64,000 nucleotides of DNA. Source: Pavona decussata. Lineage: Eukaryota. Location: NCBI GenBank assembly GCA_977016875.1, contig CDRNST010000124.1, positions 558,001 through 622,000 on the forward strand, given 5' to 3'. Under the pieces are notes generated by a model. The model saw only the letters and a list, made by a program, of their open reading frames with translations, was not told the DNA's origin and did no database searches. The translations under genes were made by a program, and so were the position numbers. Shown in pieces: positions 10,708-22,727 of this stretch. Each line of letters begins with the position of its first letter. Position 1 is the first letter of the stretch.

Positions 10708-12434
10708 GGGACCGTTCATTTTTTATGAGCATGGGGGGGGGGGGGGGGGGGGCACGAGAAAAAAAATGGCACTAAAGGGGGGGGGGGGGGCTACCAAAAA
10801 AAATTGGGTGAAAGAGGGGGGGGGGGGGGTCACCAGCAATAATTGGCTAGTAGAGGAAATTGAAAGTGGCTCAACAGAGAAACAGATGAAGAAATTGAAT
10901 ATTATTTCAATTATATTTAATTAATACGATTTTCCTAACCACTTTTAATTTGTTTTACATACTGAGGTCGAAATCTGCATTTCATATTAACAACAACTGA
11001 GGAAATGACGCATATCTGTTGGAAAAGCAATAATGAATATAAACTGAAGTAGACATCTATGTTTGTACAAGTTCAAATTAATATAAAAACGTAACAGTCT
11101 TACTATTGAATCATCCGTGGGGAATTGTGTTCTATTAAGTGGTTGTACTCAGAACTATATCAATAGATTGTTTAATGTTCTGTTTAATAGTACTCACTTT
11201 TATAAAGACTGTTGATAAGTAAATTATTTGAACCCAGGAGTATCAGTAAACTCAGTAGTATGCCTAGTGTGAACATCCAGATTAGATTTTAATAATAGAA
11301 CTGTTGTTGGTGACTTCAGTTGACGGTAAATCTGAGCCGTAGGCCATCTTCAGAAAAGCTTGTAACTGTCATTTTTAATAGCAGTACTTTAATATCCAGG
11401 AAAGTAGGAGGGGGGGGGGGGGGGGTTCAAGGGGTTCGAACGAACCCCCTTTGAAGATCAATAATGGCGGAAGAAAAAGCACAATGAGGAGGTTGAACAA
11501 CTACATGAGGTGTACCATGCGAGAGAGTAGAATGTCCGCCCTGGTTCTAATGCATATCAAATATGATATGCCTGTCAATCTTGACGAGATAGTCAATTTG
11601 TTTCAAGGCCTACACCCGAGAATGATGCAGTTTACCAGCTTGGTGTATAACTATCAGCAGATCGAATAGCTATCAGAACTTGACAGGGCGCGGAATGTAC
11701 ATTGAACTTCCTTGTTTAAGTTGAGACAATTATGCCGCAGAAATGATGTATATAGCTTAAAAAGCTGCTGTAAAACAAATTTGTGATTTGCCTAAAATGG
11801 GTCTCAAAATGCAGGAAATGAGGTTTCTGGGAACCTAGATTTTCAAAAATTTCCGGGGGAGCATGCCCCCGGACCCCTCCAGTAACAGCGCCTCCGGCAC
11901 TCAACAAACACCCCTATCTAACCCTTAACTACGCGCCTGATATCTGTGTGTCCGCTGTTTTTTTTCTGTTTAATATGACTTGTAATCGTTGATTGGTATG
12001 CTTCGATCGGTATTTTGTTAGTCAGATCTGTACGTGTATTAATTGTTTCTACTCGAAGGGGACTAATTTCACGTTAAACATTTGCTTGATTAATTTTTAT
12101 AGTTCCTCTAAGAATCTAAATGGAAATTTAGGGTTTGCCGTTGCCGTAAACGGGTTGCTATCTACAAAACGTTTTTTTTAAACAAGAGAAATCTTTACCT
12201 AAGCTTTGATATAAACAGTACATTAACATAAGCGTTTTACTAAAGTTAGGAGTATGATTTGTTTCTGGTTGGGCGGGAGGGGGGGGGGGGTCATCAGAAA
12301 AAAATAGTCCTGCTTGGGGGGGGGGGGGGCCATGTTGAAAAAAATTGCATGCTAAGGGGGGGTCATACAGTTTTGTAGTGGCAATTAACCAAATCCCACC
12401 AGCCCCCCCATGCTCATAAAAAATGAACGGTCCC
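10708..12434. mobile_element. PIF/Harbinger-like non-autonomous transposon (1.7 kb) carrying a nested hAT
   Basis: TIR gggaccgttcattttttatgagcatggggggg / cccccccatgctcataaaaaatgaacggtccc. TCA TSD at 10705-10707 and 12435-12437. Confidence 0.9.
11397..11939 (+). mobile_element. Deleted hAT element (hAT5-like) with a transposase C-terminal dimerization remnant
   Basis: Termini cagg...gtag and ctacgcgcctg; atatc on both sides. STMRRLNNYMRCTMRESRMSALVLMHIKYDMPVNLDEIVNLFQGLHPR resembles the hATC motif SxLRRLKTYLRSTMxxxRLxxLALMHIH. Confidence 0.8.
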
Positions 12435-13552
12435 TCATGTAACAACGCCATACGTGCCGAATATGGAAGAAATACTCTCAAAAAATATTGAAGATAAAGG
12501 AGAACAAGAACAACAACAACAAAAACGATAACGAAAATAAAAACAATTCGCCTTATCTGACCCATTTGTCGGCTTCCGGCTAACGGCACAGAAATTAAAT
12601 AAAAATACTAATACTAATTTTAGAACTAGTTAGCAATAATAATGCATTAATATATAGCGCCATTTCCCAATGGATAGAAGAAATATATTTTATATGCTAA
12701 TGTTCTAATCATAAAATCAATTGAGATCTACAATACGACTACACACAATTGCTTTGATACGTTGCTTTGTTAGAATCAAGGAAGGACGAACTGAAATGAC
12801 TCATATTTTCACATAGACAATGAAATTATTGAAGTCGTTCAAAAACTGTAATTATCTAGGAACTGAATCATTAGTGAGTCAATGGGAATTTTTACATAAG
12901 GTGTCTCAACCCGGCTTCAAGAAAAAGCGTTGTATGAGTCTGAGAAAATTTCACATTAATATAGAGTTTTTGAAAGAGGTAAACTTAATCAGTTATCTGT
13001 TTGATATTTTCGGATTAGTAAATCTTCAAAATTTGATGTTTTCGTCCGGCAACAACAAAAAGTATTATAAATAGTCATACAACTTGATTATTAACCTATA
13101 TCACGTCACTGAAGACTGATATTGGTTTTTCGACCAAATCAAATCATTATGAAATAAAATTGATCAGTCGTAATTTATTTTATTTTATGTGATAATTACT
13201 GGAGTTAATGGGTTCTTAAGTAATTTCTGTGGTTGACAATTCTTTAATATTTGGTTAATGGGTCTGTGTTGCATTATAAAACTCACCCCTAAGAGTTGAA
13301 TCACTTTTGTCATTAGTAAAGGAAACGAGTTCATCTTCAATTTGGTTGGTCGAATTCGATTATTGGTTTTTGTTTTGCAAGCCTAGTGTTTATGAATGCC
13401 CTTCATTCCGACAATTTCTCTTCTTTTAAGATACAAGTACTAAACTATAGTACTGAGAGTATATTCCCCCTGAAATGTGATATAAAAAATCGACCTATTA
13501 CGTTTTGGACTTTACAAGAGTATGTTTCCAGTACGATATATACTGTATTGCC

Positions 13553-13910
13553 TAATGCGAGCGACACACCTGGCGATTTTAAACGCTGTTCGCGACGAAT
13601 TTGATCAGCAGCGAAAATTGCATACGATTTTCGATTGATGCGGACACACTTGGCGATTTTTTTCGCCTGTCGCGGCGATGTAGCAGTTTTGAAAAGTCAT
13701 GTGATAAAAACGCCCAACCTGATGGGTTGGATTTACTGGCGATTCGCTGCAATGACTGTAGAAAATCGCGGGAACGAGCACACTTGGTGAATGCCGGCGA
13801 ATTTAATCGCCGATATCTGACATGCCAGATATCGGCGATTTTATACGCCGATCGCGGCGATCGGCGAAAATCGCAATAGCTGCACCGGGCACACCTGGCG
13901 ATTTTTATTA
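13553..13910. mobile_element. Truncated Harbinger-like MITE with cacacctggcgatttt subrepeats
   Basis: cacac(c/t)tggcgatttt recurs at about 13565, 13645 and 13890, with many cgatcg/atcgcc motifs. No second TIR found. Confidence 0.55.
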
Positions 13911-14009
13911 TCATCTCATGTAAACTGACAGGGCGCAAATGCGGATAAACTGAAGTAAAAGGAAATCCACATTACGAGCATAAGTGACCCACACGGCCAG
14001 AGCTTTAAA

Positions 14010-14401
14010 AGGAACTAGAAGTATTTTTATCCCCCTGAATGGGATGCTAGATATCGCAGGGTTACCCCCAACAGTATGTCGCCGGTACCAATTTATACAC
14101 CTGGGGGATGGAGAAACAATGTGAAGGAACTCAAGAATTTCTTGTTTCAGCCGCGAACTACCCATCTTCGGAGACCCAGGGGCAGTTAGTCGGGTAGCGG
14201 AGATTCTCGTGGGCGAAGTTATGCTCTGGAACTGGTTCGGTAAGAGTAATTGCCCAGGGGCTCTTCCGTTCTTACAGTACACTTTCGCCCACGAAAATCC
14301 CTGCTACCCGACTAACTGCCCCTGGGTCTCCTAGGATGCGAACTATCGACCCCCCGATCTAAAAGTCCCACGCGTTAACCACTACACTACCGCACCTCCA
14401 C
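14010..14401 (-). mobile_element. tRNA-headed SINE (SINE2-type), interrupted by a MITE
   Basis: Body gggttacccccaacagtatgtcgccggtaccaatttatacacctggg. Minus-strand tRNA-like head ggaggtgcggtagtgtagtggttaacgcgtgggacttttagatc at the right end. Confidence 0.7.
14163..14338. mobile_element. MITE with 9-bp TSD inserted in the SINE
   Basis: About 55-bp TIR catcttcggagacccaggggcagttagtcgggtagc. Flanks cgaactacc (14154-14162) and cgaactatc (14339-14347). Confidence 0.88.
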
Positions 14402-14662
14402 AAAATTTCTAAAAACCATTTGCACCATTCAAAATAGAAGTCTATATGGATATTTAAAGTATTGGTGTAACGGTCACTCCTACGAAGGCATATCACACAA
14501 TTATTGATAACTATGTTCTGATTAATATCAATAATTAGTGGAAACCATCCAAGGTCAACTCTACAGAAAACTTCGATGTCTTGTGACCAACTTCTGACTG
14601 AATAACGTGCACGCAAAATTGTGCTTGCATTGTGTTTTCCAGAGTTTTAAAATCAAGTTTCC

Positions 14663-14792
14663 AATAGAGTGTTTTCGTGGCAACCATATTGGAGGAGAGG
14701 AACAATAGAATAATTTTCCTTTGGAAGGTAATTTTTTTAAAATGCAAATATTTTTTATTGTTCTGTAGGCCATGGCCGCCGTGAAAACACAA
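14663..14792. mobile_element. Small degenerate MITE
   Basis: Inverted ends gtgttttcgtggcaaccat and atggccgccgtgaaaacac. Confidence 0.55.
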
Positions 14793-16235
14793 ATTTTGCT
14801 GCTTAAAATAAAAATTGTGGCGATTATCGTGTCAAAAATTTCCCACGCTTGAGATGAGTTTTAATGAACTAAAATTTGCGTGTTTTCTTGAACTGAATTA
14901 AGCATGGGGTACAGATTAAAAATCTGGTCCCTTCGTTTCACTATATATAAGATGGCCTCTTTTGTCTGTTTGAAAGTTAGACAGAATACAGGAGAAACTA
15001 AAAATACTCAACGATGAGGTGGAATAGAAGAAGAACAAGACGAAGAAGGAAAAGAAGTAGTAGGCGGAGAAGAAATAGAAACAAAAGTTTCAAATGAAAT
15101 AACTCCAAACATTAAGGACATTTAAGCGGTCAAAAGGCTGAATAAGACGCGTGGGAGGCTGGCATAATAGCGTCTTATCCTTTGTCAATATTAACCCTCG
15201 TTGCCAGACTTAAAACAAATACTGATAATTAAAATCTTTGTTTAAATACAACATCAACAGCTTATGAATGAAATATAAAACGTGAACTAACGTCATTGAG
15301 AAGTGGAACAACGTCTATGAAAGTTCTGCTCGTGAGAAAACCGCAGGGACACGTGCTGTTTGGAGAGTAGGGTTTCTATGTGGGAGTGTAAACTTTGATT
15401 TAGTACACGTGTTCGAAAGAAGAAATGATGTAGCAGGATAATCATGAGCATTCTTTGAAAACCAAGAAAGGAATTTCTAATCTTGGCGTTCGTAGCTCCT
15501 ATACTCGTATATACTCTTACGTAATGTCGTTAAATTACAGCCTCTGATAATTAATCAAAAATTTCAATAAAGCGATTTTAACTAGTTATTTACATTTATT
15601 GCTTTTTTGGCTGTTTGACGAATTTGTCAAAGCATCAGGTTAGTCTTTGTTAGCGAGACAACCCACTTGCAGTGTTTAATTCGCGGATATAGCTTCCCAC
15701 CATTTTGAATCCGCGGTGAAAGGTTATCTCATCTGTACAACCGGAAAATATTTTAAGAACATTCAGCGTTGATCACTTTTAGAGAACTGTTTCCCTGTTA
15801 CAGGTCTGTAAAAAATTTCGCTCTTCTTCGGGACACAACTGCAGTCGGTAACAACATTCAACTTTTGGCTAATTTGTTTTTTCTTTTTTCAGTTGCCGTG
15901 CCAGAATTGTGGAATTTGTTAACAATAGACATTCGAGTAGGTCAGAGTTGAGACATTTTTAAATCGGGAAATTCCGGTTTTGTAAAAAAAGCCAAGTGTT
16001 TAGTTATTAGCATAGATGATTGTGGCGCATAGGGCAACAATGATATAAGCGTGAAACTGATAATTGTTATTAAATGTTTTACACTGACAAACGACTCGGT
16101 TCCAGTCCCATGCAGGAGTTCGTGTGAATTGAAAACGATCGAAGGCAGGAATAAACCCGAGAACACAAGTTAGGATTGAAAAGGTTAAATTCTGATATGA
16201 TCAGCCGATTCCGGCAGGAGAGTGAGACTTCAGTG

Positions 16236-16790
16236 AGGTCAAACTTCAGCACTTCGTGTGAGAGCACATGAAAGCTGATGAGAGCTCATGAGATTTCCTG
16301 GCGTAGGTCAAAGAACAGTAAGATCCATGTCATGGACTCTAAGAGAATTCACGTATCCACGAACGAAGAAAGACGAGAACCCTTATTCTTTTTTTAACCT
16401 TGCAAAAGCTAAAAGCCACTAAAAAGAAGTTTAAACCTGTTTGAATTTCACTGATCTATGAGACTTCTTTCTCCGCTCACGCGCTATCAGCGGTTCGTTT
16501 TTACTCTTCGTGGAACGGATTCCCTGAAGTACGCCGGCGCGCAAGTTGCCTGCCGTGCGCCAGCGCCAACCTACGCGCACACTTCAAACGCAATTTCCTT
16601 CAATTCCTGACTGATAGCATCCCGCTGAAAACGACTTCCACGCGCGGAAGACGACGCTCACGCAAGCTCATTCGCTCACGTGTTTTTACCATCGCGTAAC
16701 TATTCATTTTCTTTTCGTCACGGACTCTTATCAACTCTCATCCGCTCTGAATAAGTTTAAACTCTTGTCAGCTTATGTTCTTCTTTGACT
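16236..16790. mobile_element. Highly decayed MITE
   Basis: Left ggtcaaa...gaaagctgatgagagctcatgag motifs are mirrored on the right by actcttatcaactctcatc...tttgac. Confidence 0.4.
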
Positions 16791-18652
16791 TCGTTATTCC
16801 CCGAGTCTTTAATATTTAATCTCAACGTGGTTAATTTGCTTCAAGTTTACAAGCAGTTTCCTCTCAGAGAAGAGGGCAAACATCTCTAAAGCCTTAATTA
16901 GAGAGACACTATAGCAATCAGGGGTTCAGTTTTTACAAGTCAACAAAACCCACTCGTTCCTTCCGAGATCACTTGTGCTTTTACCGCAATCGAATACAGC
17001 GAGAACCCAAAATTAGTTCGCCCACAAGCTTTCAAGATATCATCGACCGAAAAATAAATATTTCAAGCATTCTGTGACGGAATTAGCCCGATAGCCGCCG
17101 GCGATGACGTCGTGATATTATGGCGTGTGGTCGGAAACAATCGACTCCATTCACGAGCTCGACGGCGCGAGAGAGTCGTTTCCATAGCAAACAAATTAAA
17201 TTTTCTTATCAGTAAAATCAGTTCATAAACGCTGCTTCCTGTCCGGGAGCCTCTTAAATTCGTTGCAGACGGTGAAACTGTCGATCATTTTGTAACAAAA
17301 CGCCAGTGTGATTTAACCTAATTTAACGGAACCGGTTGCATTTAAAAGCGCCGAAATCAGCCTGCAATTTATGGGTTCGTTCCAGTTTCGTGTGCCCGGC
17401 CTTGAAATTTCTATTTTTCATTCATGCAAATTACCGCCATTTCGCGGTCAAGGGAGGATTGAAACACGATGGCAATACGACATAAAATGCCTGATGTGAA
17501 ATATCAATCTGCTATCTTATCAGGATCAGTCCCTTGAAGTGAGAACAGATTTATATTCGACCTCAAACCGGAAAACAATTAAACGCGACCCTATATCTCC
17601 CTTCAAGATGAAAATGTTACTTTTACTCGAAATACTAGGGCCGATATGGCCACAGTGCATTACCGATGCGGATCACTTGGCCTTGACGCTATAAACGCAG
17701 AACTTGCGAGCAAAAGAGCAATTAAAATCGCTTTTTTCTGCTTCCACTAAAAAAGACAAAGTGAGAGGAGGGGTTCACCTGAAAAGCGTAAAATTTTGTG
17801 ATCCGTAAAATTTTCCGTAAATATGCGACAATATGCACAAGCAAGATAGATCCTTCTAGACATGTTGCGTAGAACACAGAATATTCTAGTAGTAACGGGT
17901 CACGCTAGCCCACGCGAAGTGTTTTGCCTCTATAAACTAGCAAAATTACACTGCAAACACAGGGGCTCTCTCGTCAAGAAATAATTAAGAGAACAAAAAC
18001 GCCCTTTTTCGATTCTTGCTCTTAACAGATTAAGAATCAAAATGTTTGGTAAAAAATACTATCTGGTTGGGATGCGTGACTTGACTTGACCCGAAATGTT
18101 CTAGAAGACGTTGGATATCTTGTATCGAAAACTAAGTAACTTTGTAACAAGTAAACAAATTAGTAACTTCTGGAATAGTGTCCCGGATTAGTACGGCTGA
18201 CTTATAATCATATTAAGTCGGGTCGGAGTTAAAATAATTTGTTAAACTTAAGTGAGCAAAACCTTTTGAGGTTCTAGAAAGAACTGCTTGTTTAAAAAAG
18301 CTATGACCTTCGAGCGACATATTCACAAAAGTTTAGTTCTCACCGAGTTCCGTGTGGGCACGCGGCGGTCAAAGAGCGGTTCTCTTTTTGCAGTTTGGAA
18401 ATTGTAAACTTGCAGGCCGAGGCGTTTTACCCGCTGTGGCATAGTAACACGTGCTGCACGGTGTGTTTGCCCGGCAGAGTTTTCAATACCGTAAAGCTTC
18501 GTTTGCGTTTCATACGCGCTATTTTCCGCGTAAATTTCATTAGCTTGGTTTAGTTTAGAGCGACCAAAAGTCGAGAAAACAATATAGGATTTACAATACT
18601 CAAGATTTTTCGGTCCCAGCCCAACTCAGACGAACTTCAGAAGGCATCGTGG

Positions 18653-18739
18653 ATGGAACTAAAAAAATCGATGGAGGTCAGCGAACAGGATTCGACGCAG
18701 AGTGGAACTGTAGAAAGCTCCGAAGATCAATTTACTAGG
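18653..18739 (+). CDS. Candidate alternative first coding exon A of the Dmrt gene (MELKKSMEVSEQDSTQSGTVESSEDQFTR)
   Basis: ATG-initiated, 87 nt, donor AGG/gtgagt in phase 0 matching the DM exon acceptor. Acidic, Ser-rich peptide; CpG-rich region upstream (18340-18530). Confidence 0.6.
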
Positions 18740-21700
18740 GTGAGTATGAACAAAACCTTGTTCAATGCAAAGTTATTGAGGTCAATGATCTGCGCTGTTA
18801 TGCATTTGAAAGTGAACAATGGAGGAAATCAAGGCGCGTGCATTTGGTCAATGTAAATGCAATTACAAGGTAACTATTTTAATCCTCGCCTAACTCAGGA
18901 TAAGTTTATAAAAGTTGGGCAATTATTTGCTACAATTCTGAGATGCAGCTGTACGACGGAAGGATTCACAGCTGCCAGGTAAATTATTTTGAAATGGTGC
19001 TGGGAATCTCAAAGTCTTGATGCGTTAAAAATTTATATTGTGTTTCAACTTGGCCTTGTCTCTAAACCATTCATAGAATGTGTGTGATATTTACAGACAT
19101 GCCCTGGGTTTACCTGTAAAATGACCGGCAGGATTATGAAATAACACCACGCTCGAGCAAAGGCAGTTGAAATAAGAAGAGTATTTTTAAGCCTGCAAAC
19201 TAACTTTTAATTATAATCGAGCAGCACCTCGCTTCGCTCAACGGAGTTTGCGAGAAATTGAACAAGTAGTTTTAGTTCGTGAATGGAAAATAAGTACGCC
19301 AAAAGATTACGGTATTTTTCCGAAAGTATGAACAATCGACAAAAATCAGTCGTTTACCGCTAATTACGTTTGTAGATAAAACTTTTCTGTATATTTGAAA
19401 ACCGGAACTAAACCCACAGCATCTCGGGGGCCTATCTGTTAGTGGACAAACATGCATAACTAGAGTTCCTGTCGGACTTTTAAACGGTGTGGTATGCGAA
19501 CTGAATAAACCGGGTTGATTTATCGATAAATCGTTCTGTTTAAAAGGACCAAAAACAAACGCGCAAGTGCGTCACTAAAAACAGCAGCTTGTTTAGTGGT
19601 TAAGCTATACTAATTTTCTGATATTTCATTCAACGATCCCTAATGTTTGACCTTAATTACGTTTCTGACGAATTACTCTTATCTAACAAGTTTACCTCCC
19701 TTGGTCTTCATTTAAGCCGTGTTGAGGTTGTGAATAACTTAATTGTTCATGAATCTTCTTGCTGTGCATTTTAAGACGTCTTGTTCATTGAATTGGGGAA
19801 GATTTTCTGGTGCAAACTGAAGGAATTGTGAATCCTGTTTGGCCCAGGTGGCTATACTAAACTGCTGTGTTTTCCGATAATCTAATAACACTGCGACCCT
19901 TTGCGAGCCTGATATCGTGAGAGAAAAGTCTTCAGCTGGGATCCCATTCAGTTCTTCCAGGCAAGAAGTTTTACGATTTATATGCACTTCTGATATCAAT
20001 ACAGCGTATGGCGCCTATGAAAGGTCACTTTAATTTTAGGATTTTTGCAGTTCTGGCCTTGATAACAACTGACTTTGAATATACTCCATTATTCTTCCCG
20101 TGATCATGATTGTAAGATGTCAGATCCAGTTTATGTAATCTTGATTTATTGTAAATTTATTTAGTTTCAACACTGTTTAAACCAGTGCATCTCAGGACAT
20201 TTCAGTTCTTAGTGAACTCAGGCTGTGAATTACACAAGCAGTTTGTCGCATGATGATCATATCACTGCATCCTAGGCGCTGAGTTTATCAATTAGTTATT
20301 AATATTTAAAAGTAATACTTCTCTTTACTTGTTTTATCCTTTTATCACGATAATCCATTTACAATCCTATCGAACGCTAAACTCTTATATCCGCTACTCC
20401 ATATGCAGACTTGTTACCAGAAATTAGCAACCAGTTAGTTCCAGAAGAGAAACAAAGTGTTGTTGAAGTCACTGAATCTTTATTACTTGTCGGTTAGCTG
20501 GTCAGGTTGATTTCAGTGTCAATTGCTGCTAAATATTCTAGTTTGTGAGAAAAAAAATCCGATTGGCATACTGCAGTCCTCACTATGAGTTGAGTACTGA
20601 TGACTGAGATGAACTAGCATTCTATATCTTGAAGATCAAACCTCCCCTACTGCTTTGAAGGGCTGAGATTATTCAACAATGGAGCTTCTGATATAGCTGC
20701 ACATACATTGTAACCCTCTTGATGTCGATGAATTCATACTGAGTTCAGTATAACTTTTAAAGTCTTGAATATTAGATCTCGAGTTGTCTTAAACAGTGGC
20801 CTGCTTCGATCAAATCACATAGAAAGCACTGAGTGATTCAGCTCACTGATGAAGAAATAACAGTATATACAAAATAGATAACAGATTAATCATGCAGCTT
20901 AAGGATGTAAAACGTCCTAATTAACTACCAAATCAAACTCATTAGTTATTTAGAAAGCTGCTGTACTAGGCTAAGGCCTTAGCAGTCTTTGCGAACTTCA
21001 GGACACTCACCCAACTCCATGGCACATGAACGATGCTCAATGTCTGGTGTCAAAATAATCATTCGTCTTATGCAAGTTATCCAAATAAGAAAACAATTTT
21101 TTTTCATGGAAAGAACAGCCTCCATGATGTTCAAATTTGCAAACGGAACTGCCAGTTCACCTGAAAATGCATGCAACCACTGACCAGGAGATTTTATTTG
21201 AACAGCAACAGCAAGTGGAGTCTTTCCACTTCCATCAGTCTTCGAAGGGGTGGCTGTAAAGAAGCAACCAGTGTGCCGGCGCAGGCTATGAAACGTTCTT
21301 GATCGACCACACAATTGAAAAATTATAACCAGCTTCTATAATAGACACTAACACGTTCTGCTCAGTAGCTTCCATTTGACTGACTCGTCACACTTAAGGT
21401 TTGGATCGGGCAAACTATTACCGAATATCCACTTTGTACAGCAATGATAAACCATGAACGCTCGTGAGCGTTGAAGGAAAATACTAATCCTCCTTTCACT
21501 TGACTAATGTGGTCACCCTTCTGGACTCACTGCACCACGGTTCCAGGTAGACTCACAAGTTTTACTCCAACAGCAAACTCAAAAGTTAGACCCACCTTGC
21601 ACAGCACAATGCAAATTCCCACTGACAGGAAAGCACACTCGATAGTTTTCAAATGGTCAAACTTTGGATTACATCCGTTAGAAATGACTTTTATGATAAA

Positions 21701-22102
21701 ATAGGCGCTTAATTACAAAACTTCAAACGATTTACAAATCATTGAATTTATTGTAGTATTGATTAACTCCTCTGATTATTTTGTTAATAAGCATGCAGAT
21801 GGTTAAGTCCATTTCTTCCTGTGTTGATTTAAGAAACAATTTGTCAGCAAATAATATAATCGATGAAGTTTAATTCTCTTTTCCGCTCGCTTTCGTTTTT
21901 GTGGTACTTTGTGTTTTGTTTCCATAAGTAGCAGAACGTTAGGACTCTTTTGAAGCCTTTGCAATGCTGCAACTATTTATATGGTCATGCAAATAATGGT
22001 TATTGTTGTTGTCATTCGCAGACTCAGAAATTTGTGTGCGTTGACTGTACAGCACAACAAACAATACGGCTGAAAACAGCGACTTTGTACTGCTCCGCCT
22101 TG

Positions 22103-22727
22103 AGGATTTTACCCACAGATATCGTTTTTATTACTTAATTACTGAATAGCTATAATTTGAGTTGCACAGTTAAGGTGTCCTTTCACAGGCTCGGAAGGTT
22201 ATAGCCCCGTTGTACAAGAAAGCAATAACTGATGTAGAAGTTTAGGATTTCATCCATCCGTTGGCTATCGACTCAAAAGTGAGAACCACCATATATGCAG
22301 TACGATAAACAACTAGTACTGCAGCAAAGCATTATTCAATAGCTTTCGTGATCAGTTTCAACCACAGAAATGAGAACCACTATGTATACAGCATAATGTA
22401 CAACTAGTACTGCAGCAGAAGATTCTGCTCTCTTTTCACCAGCTTTCCTGATTTCACCCACAGGATTTTTATTACCCACGGATATCGATTTTATTACTAA
22501 TTAATGAATGGCTATGATTTGAGTCGCTCAGATAAGAAGTCCTTTCACAGGATCAGAAGGTTACAGCCCTCTAGTACAAGAAAGCATTCTGAAAAGCTGA
22601 TGTAGAAGTTTAGGATTTCATCCATCCTTCGCCGGCTAGCGACTAGGAAGTTAGAACCACCATGTATACAGCATGATGAATAACTATAGTACTGCAGCAA
22701 AGCATTATTCAATAGATTTCCTGATTT
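22103..22727. repeat. Two-copy tandem duplication (~360-bp period) containing the 106-bp repeat family
   Basis: The block aggatttt...acccac.gatatcg...gcagcaaagcattattcaatag starts at 22103 and again at 22462. Confidence 0.85.

Noticed and set aside
18943-18978. Additional phase-0 segments MQLYDGRIHSCQ/gtaaat, ME/gtaagt (44989-44994) and MKR/gtaaac (56753-56761)
   Set aside because: Weaker donors and very short, not distinguishable from chance without transcript data.
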